From contig ADNK01000443.1 of NCBI GenBank assembly GCA_000320545.1, positions 1-64,000 on the forward strand: a stretch of 64,000 bases of DNA. The letters are read 5' to 3'. The translations under genes and the position numbers were made by a program. Within the stretch, counting starts at the first letter, position 1. Each line of letters starts with the position of its first letter. The DNA comes from Bigelowiella natans CCMP2755 (lineage: Eukaryota; Protista; Cercozoa). The notes under the pieces were generated by a model. It worked only from the letters and a program-made list of their open reading frames with translations. It did not search any database and was not told the DNA's origin. Positions 26,236 through 36,819 of the stretch are shown here, piece by piece.

Positions 26236-26715
26236 AGCTTGACGTACCGAGGCCAGCCTTATTTCACGATAGGGTCGCCTCATGAGCACGACTCTCCCAA
26301 CTCTCTTCGCAATGCCTTCCCAGTCGGGAGTTGTCTTGGCGCTCCGCAGCTCCGCGTCGAGCATGTCGCGAAGAGGGACGTAATTTGCCTCCTCCCTCGT
26401 GGAAGCGCAATTCATCTGCTGATTGAAGATGCGAAGACAGTCGAAATAGAAGGTCTTATTCAGTAAAACCGTATCCTTCTTCCTTAGGGCTGGGGCGAGG
26501 ATTTTTCTCCATTCCAAAAGCGTCAGTTGCCGGTTCTTGGCATGCTCCTCCACGAAGCCCAAGACCTTCTCACAGCCTCGGGAGCGCATGGCGAGGATTT
26601 CTTTTGAGTCCACCACGCCATTTTTGTCGGCGTCAAATGCCTTGAACACCCGCGGCCACAGCTGCTCGATCTCCTGAAGGTAGTACTTGTCCGTCGGCAA
26701 ACAAACTGCCTCCAT
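24335..26715 (-). CDS. EF-hand plus transglutaminase-like protein with a C-terminal zinc-binding (Yippee-like) module
   Basis: Two exons (26715-26248, 26074-24335). EF loops DADKNGVVDSKE, DKDKSNSIGGRE and DVDGDGEIDKKE. Core GQCGRYSAVMVSACRSVGIPARLV...HACAEAYIEGAGWVLIEP. CAKC...CANC pair followed by GARYD. Confidence 0.85.
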
Positions 26716-26897
26716 AGTATAGTGGTGGGCACCCTGTCTTCTATGTATTTCTGCACAATTGCCTATTCCGAGTCAAGCATCTCTTTAATAAAAGGCAGCT
26801 GGTAGTACATGCATGGCATGCATGGTACGGAAAAATACTAGAGGAATGTGTAACTGCCAGGACCGTAATCATGTTAATCTTTATAGGTGATGTGATG

Positions 26898-27190
26898 ACC
26901 TGACTTCACCTGACGAATTTCGTCAGATATTTCTGGGGTGGATTTTGGCCCTCCAATGCCTGACGAAATTTCGTCAGGTGAAATCAGACGTCGGAGAATA
27001 TTTCGGCCGAATTATAATTAATAATTTAATTTCAAAATCACCTTAAAATGTCACCTGACCTGACCTGACCTGACGCATTTTTGCAACCTTTCAAAGGCTG
27101 TAAGGACTCGGGAGCGGCTGGGCAGATCGACCTGGATGACTTGCAAGGCCTTTTCCCTAGATCTAGATCTAGATCTAGATCTAGATCTAC
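26898..27190. promoter_or_regulatory. Palindrome and inverted-repeat cluster in a divergent promoter
   Basis: Perfect 20-bp palindrome cctgacgaaatttcgtcagg (26959-26978), a near copy at 26909-26926, (CCTGA)4 at ~27054-27074 and (CTAGAT)5 at 27157-27186. Confidence 0.55.
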
Positions 27191-27434
27191 CTGTAAACAA
27201 AAAAATCTTTCAGGCTGTGAGCGACTGAGCGGCGGGTGGAAACTTCAATCCCCGATAGTTTTGGCTTTTAACAAGAAACTGAGGAGGATAGCTAAAAAAT
27301 TTCACAAAACATGGGTGCACATGAAACTGACATCGAAAATTTGGAAATTTCACGATATGTGTTTGTCGCATGCACAAAAAACACTACCAAAAAATAAATC
27401 ATTTCCGAGTTGCCCATCCCCCAGTCGGCTCAAG

Positions 27435-29496
27435 ATGCTGTTCGTCCTTGCCGCAACATTGGCATTGTCCACGGCATCGTCCCAAGACCCATCGATCGAA
27501 GTGATACTGGCGAACTCGTTGAAGGAGAGGGTATTCGGGCGTCTAGTTGTGTACGCCAGTGTTAATAATAAAAGCGAGCCAAGGACTCAGTGCTCCGATG
27601 GGTACAGTGTTGTATCTAGTTCTTTCTCTTGCTTCACTTGAATTGTTCACACATATCAGAGCACTAAATAGAACCAGTAAAACTGATGACTTATTTGCGC
27701 TCGGATTAAAATTCTATTTGACAGCCAAGACACTGCCCAGGCATTTGGAATCGATGTTCTTGAGGGGAAGCCTGGCAGTAAGCTGAGGATAGATTCCAAC
27801 GTGCTGGGATATCCGCAACCCTCTCTTCGCGAAATTGTGGGTCGTCAACTGTATTTCCAGGTTGATTTAAAAGGAAAGGCTGAGCTTTTTCTTCGATAAC
27901 TCTCTCCCTCTCTCCCACCTCTCTCTCTCTCCCCCTCCTCAACTACGTCGTTTACAAAGCATATTGAATTTAATTCAGGCTGAAATTCGCCCATATGAGT
28001 TTTTCCAACGGGGAGATGGAGTAAATGTGACGTTGCCAAGGAGTTGTGTGAACCCGGGAGGAAATGACGGAGCCTACCCTGCCCCCGTAGGCAGCCTTTA
28101 CTCCTCTGTTGTCTACGGTAAAGTGGTTGCGAGTAGCGATGGAAGTCCTTCTATCACACTCTCTGTCACAGAGGAAGTATTTCCATCCGCAAACCCGGGA
28201 TGTTCTGGAAATGGAGCAGACTCGAAGTGGATAAAAACTGTCAACGTGGAGAGTGCGCGACTATCGAAGTTTTGGGGGCGCTCGATGATGCTTCAGGCCT
28301 GTGTGCTTCTCCCTTACGGATTTGAAGAGAACCCAGACGCCACGTACCCACTAGTGATTGCCCACGGTCATTTCTCTTCTTCGTGGATGGCAGGAGGTAG
28401 CTTCCGTGAGTCACCACCCGATCCGAAGGCACAGGGTTATGCGAAGGTTGATCAGGAATATGGACACTATCTGTACCGAAATTGGACAGGCAAAGACTCC
28501 TCCTCCCTGTTCCATGGTGCCAGGATGCTAGTCATCACGATCAATCACCCCGTACCGTTCTTCGACGACTCCTACGCTGTGAACTCTGAGAATGTGGGAC
28601 CCTATGGAGATGCGGTGATGTTCGACCTGCTGCCTGCCGTTGAGAAACGTTTTCGCGGGATCGGTGCAGGATGGGCGCGTGCAGTAATGGGCGGTAGTAC
28701 AGGGGGCTGGGAGTCTCTAGCCGCCCAGGTATTCTACCCCAAAGAGTTTAATGGAGCATACGCGGCCTGCCCGGACCCCGTTAGCTTCACTTCGTATACG
28801 ACCGTCAACATCTACGAGGAAGGAAATGCTTACTACTATGACGCCCCATTCAAGCGCACCCCGAGACCTGGTGTGCGGGATTCGTATTCTGGCCAAACCG
28901 TGGTTCCCGGCACGTCAGAGGTCGATTATGGCCACCCTTACGGTCAAACATCCGCTACTGTTGAGGAAATGAACCTCCGTGAGCTTGTTCTGGGACCTAA
29001 ATCGCGTTCCTGTGGACAGTGGGACATCTGGGAGGCCGTCTTTTCACCCCGTGGCGCTGATGGATATCCTGAGCGTATCTGGGACAAAAAAACGGGAAAG
29101 ATCAATAAAACCACGGCAAATTTTTGGAGAGATAATTATGACCTTCTTCACATCATGAAGAGAGACTGGAAGACAAAGCAGCTAGGCTCACTTCTCCAGT
29201 CCAAAATTCACGTGTTTGTCGGTGCGAGTGACACTTTCTTCCTCACCGATGCAGTGATGGATCTCCAGGACTTCCTTGAGAGCACAAAGGAACCATACTA
29301 CAACGGTTCTGTTCTCATCGGAACACACGATGGACGAGGATTCGAGCACTGCTTCAACGGATATCTACCGGATGGGACTGTGGCTCCGAACGGAATCACT
29401 CGTAATCTTTACCTGCAGAAGTTTCTCCCAGAAATGGCGCAGAGATTCATCCAATCTGCCCCTGCCGGAGCTGATCTTACTTGGTCACAATACTAA
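27435..29496 (+). CDS. Secreted putative esterase (alpha/beta-hydrolase, enterochelin-esterase-like family)
   Basis: Signal peptide MLFVLAATLALSTASSQ. Exons 27435-27601, 27725-27860 and 27979-29496 join in frame. Motifs VLLPYGF, FDDSYAVNSENVGPYGD, nucleophile elbow GGSTGGW and a C-terminal EHC. Confidence 0.85.
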
Positions 29497-30406
29497 TAAG
29501 TCTGCTTGCATTGAGAGTGCCATGTCGTAAATATGGGAAACCTCTAACATGAGCTACAGTTTTCACAACTTGAATGCACGCCACACTTCAGTAACTGCGC
29601 TACTCTAGTGCTGCTTGCTTGTGTGTAGTAAGCCTAGTCGTCTCGAGAGCACAAGTGCATTGTCAGTGAGCTCCACTTAGATCTAGAGATGGATGCATGA
29701 ACATGTTTACAAACACATGTAGTCGCAGGCATCGCATCTAGCTAGCTAGAGCATCGCATACAATAGCAAACAGCAGCATCAATGCATGGACACGCAATGC
29801 TACGGTGCAGGCATGTACGTATTACCTACATGTCTATCATGATTGGCGCATGCTAGCACGCATGGCATGCGTTGATTAAGCGGATAAGGCTTCGACTCGG
29901 TCCAGCCGTAGGTGACAGGTCCTTCCATGCGAATGAGTGGAATGAACGAGTGATCCAGTGCGCAGGCACATGTAGCACGGCCCGCTAATTACTAGTGACT
30001 CAAGCATCGTCAAGTTTGAAATAGAGCATGCCTTGCTGACGGGAATGATTCTCTTTTTTTGTTGTGCAGAATGCGTCTCATTGTACAAACATAGGCTTTC
30101 ACTTGAATTTCATGAGATGTCAGCTGAAGCCACGACTACAGGCAAAGCACATACATCTAATGCATATTCTGAAACAACAATTGTGATGATCCATTTTTTT
30201 TAACACGAAACATGCACCGTGCAGGAGAATTCCAAGCAAATAAACTGATGTTGTGCCTGCCAGTTATTTTGGCAGGCGAAATGGATACATTCGCGAAATC
30301 CATCAGGGAAATGCTACTTTATCCGTTTGGCGTGAAGAAGGCTTGGCGAAGAATATGTCACACTTGCAGAATCTGTGTATCCTCCATGATCATCAAATAA
30401 TATCCT

Positions 30407-31508
30407 TTATTTTCTACGTGCTTCAAAGTATCGTTTTAAATTACTTGCGTCCTTCTCATTCTAAATACCAAAAATAATAAATATATATGAACGAATCCAA
30501 AGCAAAGAAAACTAATGCTGAGAACATCATTTCATTTCTATTTTAGGTTATATTTCGTACTCCAACCGCCAAATGTATAACTCGTATGATGACTACCAAA
30601 TTAGCCTCCTTCACCACTGAAGCTAGCAATTCATGCGAGCCATAACCTCCCACCTGACCGCCATCAAACTCAATGCAAACCCAAACAGATTGTGAATCGT
30701 GCGGACTTTCATGTTTCACATTTTGGGTTTGGGTCGCCGAGCATGCAACTACCAGGCTGTTCATTTCAGCAGCAATTGTTTCGGATCCGGCAACTGTGCC
30801 TCCCTTACTGATATCCCTTTTGTTTTCCAACATATATGAGCATTTGTATCAGACGAATGTGTACTGCTTTGGTTGTAGTAATATGTGTGATCTGTAGTCA
30901 AAATTATTTTCCCCTAAATTATCTTTCTGTAATACAGACTTGAGTAAATGCGAGAGGCCTTTTGCATTCTGGAGGTAGTATCTAAGTGTGGTGCCATTCA
31001 AACTCATATCCAGACAAGAAGAGTGAATTAAAAGGTACTAGACTTTTGTTGCGAGTTCCTTGCCGAGATGAATGTTGGATTGGCCTACGTATTTGTGCGA
31101 ATTTTAAATAGTGTGGTTAAGATTGTTGCTTGCACGCCTATAAGTGATACGTGGATGTGTTCACAGGTATGCGCGCACATATTCAAACTGAGAAGGGAAG
31201 AGAGGGGATGGAAAGGGTAGAGAAGGAGAGAGTGGAGAGCGATAATTAGAGCAGGTGTGGAGCACACTTTCACGAGTGTAAATCCGCTCTGTTTCTGGAG
31301 AGTCTGCGGGTTCGTTTTCTTCTTATCATAATACACCTACATATATGGCGGCCATTGTGTTAGTATTGATGGTACCCAATTACACAATAGCCAGCTGTAA
31401 ATGGTATGAACCGTACTCGCACTGTTTCGAAGTGCCCGACGCAAGATCCCGCCTTGTGGAAGATAGAAATATAAAGTACCAATCAGGTCGATGTCCAGAA
31501 CGAAAGCA

Positions 31509-31569
<61 letters not shown>

Positions 31570-31765
31570 TCGTAGATATGACACCCGGAAGTGCGCCTAG
31601 TGATCCCTCTCCCGTCCAATAGCAACCCATGGCAAACTGAATCTTCCCGATGTCCGGGGTCGGCGGCGCCGACTTGTTCTGGGGGTCGATCTGCTCTTTT
31701 CCCTGCTTCTGTTCCATGTGGCCTTGGCTCTCCTTCTTAGATTTCTTCGAGTTCTTGTGTCCCAT
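30407..31765 (-). CDS. Compact methionine sulfoxide reductase A-like protein
   Basis: Spliced sequence includes FAMGCYWTGEGSLGALPGVISTK|AGSCVGHFETVR|VYYD...QQK|YYLQ...SETIAAEMNSL|VGGYG...RRK*. GCxW, ExVxVxYD, QKYYL and AAxxNxxxGGYG are MsrA-type motifs. Confidence 0.75.
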
Positions 31766-32177
31766 CTAACAGAGGAGTAGACTTTTGGCTCGAAGATCCT
31801 TCTTTCTTTTTATGACGTTGTGGGTCAACAAGGAAGCAACGTGCAGATCTGGGAGGGCAGAGTTGGGTATTGCACCGAGGTATCTTCGTAGAAAGTGTTA
31901 TTAGCTCGAAACGGCCTGTGTGTTCCGTCTACGACAACCTGACATTTGATGATGCTACTCCAAGAAGCCATGTGGACTGCCTTGACACGCTTGACGTAGT
32001 GGAAATAATTTTTGGAACTGAGTGCGCAGATATAGTGCGACAAGATGAATCCTTAGTCGTCTCCCGGTATCATCGTCATTTGCTTCCTCTGAGGATCGTT
32101 GTCACATTACCCATCTCGTCGGAAGGTACCAAGCAAGGAAGGAGGAAGCCAAAGTAAGGAACCCGCGGATCCCGAAG

Positions 32178-33181
32178 ATGTCACTCCACGAGCTAAAAGA
32201 AACTGCCTCCAAGAACAAGTGAAATGATCATCAATAGTTGAGATCCACTGCGTCATTTTTGGAATGGTTTGCATCAGATTTCTGGTTCTGCATTACTACA
32301 GGTTTATGCATGCATGAATGTACGTACTTGGAAACATTGAGACACTCAAAAGTACCATAGGGGAGACTGGTGACCGTTTTGCAAGCGAATTAGCTTGGAG
32401 ATTGATCGGAAGCTAGCACCGCTTCGGGCAGCGGGCGGCGAGGCAATCATGGTGACAGCGCAAGTATGTGGAAAATAATTGCACCGTTAAGTATATGATA
32501 TATTCACTGCCCATCATTTACCAATGATCAAAGGCATCAGAGATAACCAAAAGCACAAAGGAACGTTGGGGTCTAAAAGATGAAAAGCTACAAGTTGTGT
32601 CAGATTTTGACAAGACTATTGCAAACGAATTCAAGCTGACAATCACACCGTGAGCTATCATATCCGTTTCACACTACAGCAAGATGTATATGAAGATTTT
32701 AACAGAGCAAGTAAGGCAACCCAATACAAGGATTCGAAAATGACCCAACCAGCGATCATCGTGTGAGATAAATATTTTCCATCTGCTGCCAACTTGCCAT
32801 CTATAACACGCTACTGATTTATTCTTAGTCTGAACTCAAAGTTCGAGATCATCTATTTCTGGAAAAAGGATGTTGACAGTCCTTTCGGACGGCCACTCCC
32901 CTCCGCCCTTATTCCTATCATTATCGCCGAGGCTAAGAAGGTTAAGGAAGGTAATAAGGAGCCTGGCCTTCGTTACATTGTGTTCCTTCTGCATTATATT
33001 TCACCCAACAGGTGAGGTTATGCAAAAGATTTCCGAGGAGAAGACAGCAAATGTTCCAACCCAGGGCGTAAGTTCGGTAAAAGTTTGATATAAAGTTAAA
33101 TGCAAACAATGATGAGATCTAGACCTCATTTACATTAATCTTTGCTTTAAGGTTCCGGGGGTTCTTTGTAATCTGCTGTAA
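32178..33181 (+). CDS. Thioredoxin-fold (AhpC/TSA-like) selenoprotein, UxxC, with C-terminal CaaX
   Basis: Exons 32178-32218, 32278-32301, 32361-32463, 32534-32649, 32706-32762, 32829-32950, 33012-33067 and 33152-33181 (549 nt, all GT-AG). Reads FLVLHYYRGDW-TGA-PFCK...IMVTAQ...VVSDFDKTIANEF...TQPAIIV...GRP...CNLL*. The TGA is at 32371-32373. Confidence 0.88.
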
Positions 33182-33261
33182 GCTGCTTCGAATCTGTGAA
33201 GCGAATGCATGCATAGTTTCATCATCAGGATCTCAAGCAATCAAAATTAACACAGCACACA

Positions 33262-33322
33262 TGCGGTCTATGAAATCTAACTTGGGAAAGCAGACTACAA
33301 CCCACTTAGACGGAGACGGAAA
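33262..33322 (+). promoter_or_regulatory. Eukaryotic SECIS element in the 3' UTR of the selenoprotein gene
   Basis: ATGAA (33270-33274), a 12-nt arm ATCTAACTTGGG, unpaired AAA (33287-33289), complementary arm CCCACTTAGAC, then GGAG (33312-33315). This is the AUGA...AAR...GA layout with canonical spacing. The lower helix is weak. Confidence 0.8.
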
Positions 33323-33441
33323 AGTCCAAAGTATGTTGCTGCTGTGGAACAAGAATGTTCGAGATTGGCGAGTGGACGTTCGCACACATACACAAATAGC
33401 ATAGCTCACAAGCACATAGCACATACACGACTTTATACACG

Positions 33442-33494
<53 letters not shown>

Positions 33495-33968
33495 TAATAT
33501 ACACATCTAAGACACATATGTGAATATACGTGTCGCTGTGCTGTGCGTATGTGTGCATTTGTACATTCATGCAAAAGTAATACATGCACACGCTCTCGTT
33601 AGCTAATGACAGCGGCGCATGCAATCGTTGTGTAGGTGTAGTATGTGACGCAGCCTGCACTGTGCACTACAAGTAGCGCACGCTGCTAGCTAATTAACAC
33701 TAGGGCATGTCGGGCCGCCTAGCTAGCTAGATCTTGCTAGCTTGGTGCCTTCATTTTTTGCAGCATGGGCACAGATTATTTTTTTAGTGTTGACTGAGAT
33801 GGCACATGGTATAGCTCCTGTCAGCATGTCTAGATGTTAGTGTAATACTTCTGTACAAGCTAGCAAGCTAGCAAGCCTCATACAAATGCTTGAACACGAG
33901 CATGAATTGCGCTTAGGTGGTTCTTCAAGGTCAAGCAGTGCATCTCATTTTCTCATCAGTCGGGAGCA

Positions 33969-34645
33969 TCATCCCATTCTTCGTTTTTTGCCGCTCCTTT
34001 TTGAGCCTGAATAACCCAGAGTCGTGCTCGAAGAAGAGAAACCTGCCTTTCCATCTGAATTAGCACTAGATGCTGATTCAAGTAAAACTGCTTCTCCATA
34101 ATCGAATGTGCTCCCAAACGGTCCAAGAAGAGCTTCGCTCTAAGCATTTAAGTAGTGTGTTCAACATGTCAATATGCTGTCATACGCGTTCTCACGAATA
34201 AAAGGAACACCTCAATTCGGTTAAAACTCAAGAACAATATAAAAAAGAACATCATATCGCATTTTCATGTTCGTGTAAGGTTTGCATCTCAAGACTTAAT
34301 TTTCTTGGATATCCATTACTAACGTTACTACATTTCTTACATCTGAGTTGATGGAGCTCTCTGGTACATACTTTTCAAACTGAAGTGGAAACTTTGCCTA
34401 CAAGACGATGAATAAAAATGATCAGTTTCACTCCACAACGAAATCCATATCCAGCTGCAACAAATGGTTGCTAATGTCTCAGCGGGGGATCTACAAAGTG
34501 TATCGATACAGCTACCTCTGATGGCTCCAAAAATACAACGCGCCCGTTTGGTCGGAGAACACGGGTTACATCCCTGAAAAACTGTTGAAAATCCATGGGA
34601 AAACTATTTAGGCACAATAATATTTCACGAAATCTAAGACTTTAG

Positions 34646-34682
<37 letters not shown>

Positions 34683-36286
34683 CGTGTGAGTAACATATTA
34701 CCATACGACAATATATATGTAAATATTATATATATATATATATATATATATTATATTCAACTGTTTTAGTGTTTATGTTTGATGCAGGCGTGTGTTCCAA
34801 TCTTGGTCTATAGTAATACATTGGAGCACCTTGTCTGGATTAACTTTGCCGTTTTCTGTAACTCGAGAGAACTCTCCAACGGTAACAACAGCATCAAATG
34901 ACCCTGAAGTTAAGACGACAATATGCATTTTAGATGATTTAATGACCAACAATCGGTGCCAGCAGTAGTATCTTCACCGTGCGGCAATCATTTATTTCTG
35001 ATATTAGATATTTGGCTCCTTCTACATGTTGACAATGTTGTCGCTGCTACTTGCTTTCATACTTTATGAGGTAACTACGACAGCATTATTTGCGACAATA
35101 GATAAGTCATATGAACCAGCAGGAAGAGCCTTGATTGAATTGGTAACTTGAAGCTTTGGCAGAGCAGATCCTCCAGCGGTAATAACATCTTGCAGCCCTA
35201 CCGTCAGTCCTTCCAGGGTCACTTCAACCTCCCTTGAAGAAGAAGCAGAAGGAGAAGGATGTTACAATATATGATAAAGAATGAAATGATGGTGGTATTG
35301 GTGATGATAATTCTGATGATGAAAACTACGGTACAAAAACAAGATCACAACGTGACATAGATGCTTCGACAACTTGGGGAAGTAGAACGCGTCCCGTGCA
35401 GTCCCGCTGCCAACTAAGAGCACCTTCAGTTTTGGGGGGATTTGCTTGAACCTAGACATTCAATGTGGTAGTTCATATATTGATGCTGATGGCGGTGATA
35501 AATTGTTTGGTATTGCGTCCTCAAATCAACATACATGAAATATTTTTTGGGAAGAAAAGGTAAATGAATAGGAAGGTAGCAAGTGAGAGATCTAGATTGC
35601 TGCTACATTTCCGCTTTGAGGTATTCAAGCTTCCAGTATGCTGGGTTTATCATCCTGTTGAACGATGGCGAACAGATACGTAGAAGTATTGTGTGAGAAA
35701 TTGAGTAGCTGAGCATGAGAACATAATTCTTTATGAAAATTAGGTGCAGGTGATTTTAGCGCATATTGTATGTAGTGCTTGGCTGTATTGGTTTCAATTG
35801 TCAATGTCAAAATTCAATTCACCCGCCCGCAACTGGAGATTCTCCTGGCTTTCTGGCGTGGAGTCTATTATTATAGGAGCGTCGCCGTACAGGCGAAAGG
35901 TACGGCGACAATCCTAAACGTGACATCGTAGTAGTCGTCCTGGCTGCTAGCACCGTTCTTCGAAACTTTAGCGGTTGCGAAGTAGAGGTCTGCAACCCAT
36001 TGTTCAAGTACGGGGAAGGAGAATGGATCGGATCAATTTTAAAGCAGCTCCTCGGCCTAAGGAAGGAAGGAAATATCGCCTATTTACGTGTGGAATGATC
36101 GAGGATTGCTTCCCACCCATCATGCGTGGTCACCGTGCAACATATTAAACCGAAGCAATAATGGTCCAGCCCTAGTCATGCAATGCAAGTGCACCTGTGT
36201 GCAGAGCGTGAAGCCACGAGGTTCGAGTCAAGGGCACAAAAGATGAGAAGTGGAACATAGTAGACCAAGCGCTGGCGAGATACCAT
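33969..36286 (-). CDS. Class I SAM-dependent methyltransferase-like protein with a bipartite (signal + transit) leader
   Basis: Exons give MVSRQRLVYYVPLLIFCALDS, an Arg/Ser/Thr-rich segment, then KVLLVGSGTARDAFYF (motif I), GSFDAVV and FFRDVTRVLRPNGRVVFLE. Ends KKRRMG*. Confidence 0.75.
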
Positions 36287-36442
36287 GAGGGTGGGTGGGT
36301 TGGATTTATCAGTTTAGGCCGACAATCGATCGCGAGGGTTCTTCCTTCCTTCGATCCTCCTGAATCCGTACCGTTAATTCTTCCGTTAGTAAGGGGGGTG
36401 GTACGTCGATACGTCCATGTGATGGATTGTTGTTGCCTGGTG

Positions 36443-36512
36443 TGTTGTGAGCAGAAAGTAGTTGTTGCCGATGTGTTGCGAGCAGAAAGTTGTTGCCGAG
36501 GTGTTGCGAGCT
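36443..36512. repeat. Short tandem repeat, ~2.4 x 28-31 bp, in a divergent promoter
   Basis: gtgttgtgagcagaaagtagttgttgccgat / gtgttgcgagcagaaagttgttgccgag / gtgttgcgagc. Confidence 0.8.
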
Positions 36513-36675
36513 GGTGAAGAACCCTGGCCGATATTCCAGGGACGTGTTCTTAATTTCTCGGCTTCCCTTCGCGCCAGCCTTCTCCTGTTCCGACCTGATC
36601 ATCGGCCACCCTGCCCCTGCTCCTCCTAGTGCAGAGCAGGCCTCGACAGCTTCGTTCGTCGCCAGGTAGCATCGC

Positions 36676-36734
<59 letters not shown>

Positions 36735-36819
36735 GCTTTGAACCAACAGAGATGATCTTCTTCTTCTTCTTAAATGCCAGACTACTTTAGTGGAATGAAA
36801 TAGGCGCATTTCCCGACCG

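Noticed and set aside
30850-30860. In-frame TGA upstream of an MsrA-like exon, suggesting a second selenocysteine
   Set aside because: It lies inside an intron if the acaaaag acceptor is used, and the catalytic position is an ordinary Cys (TGC).
32711-32730. Possible 20-nt nucleomorph-sized GT-AG intron in the selenoprotein gene
   Set aside because: A single 56-nt intron (32650-32705) with a stronger ttttaacag acceptor gives the correct frame.
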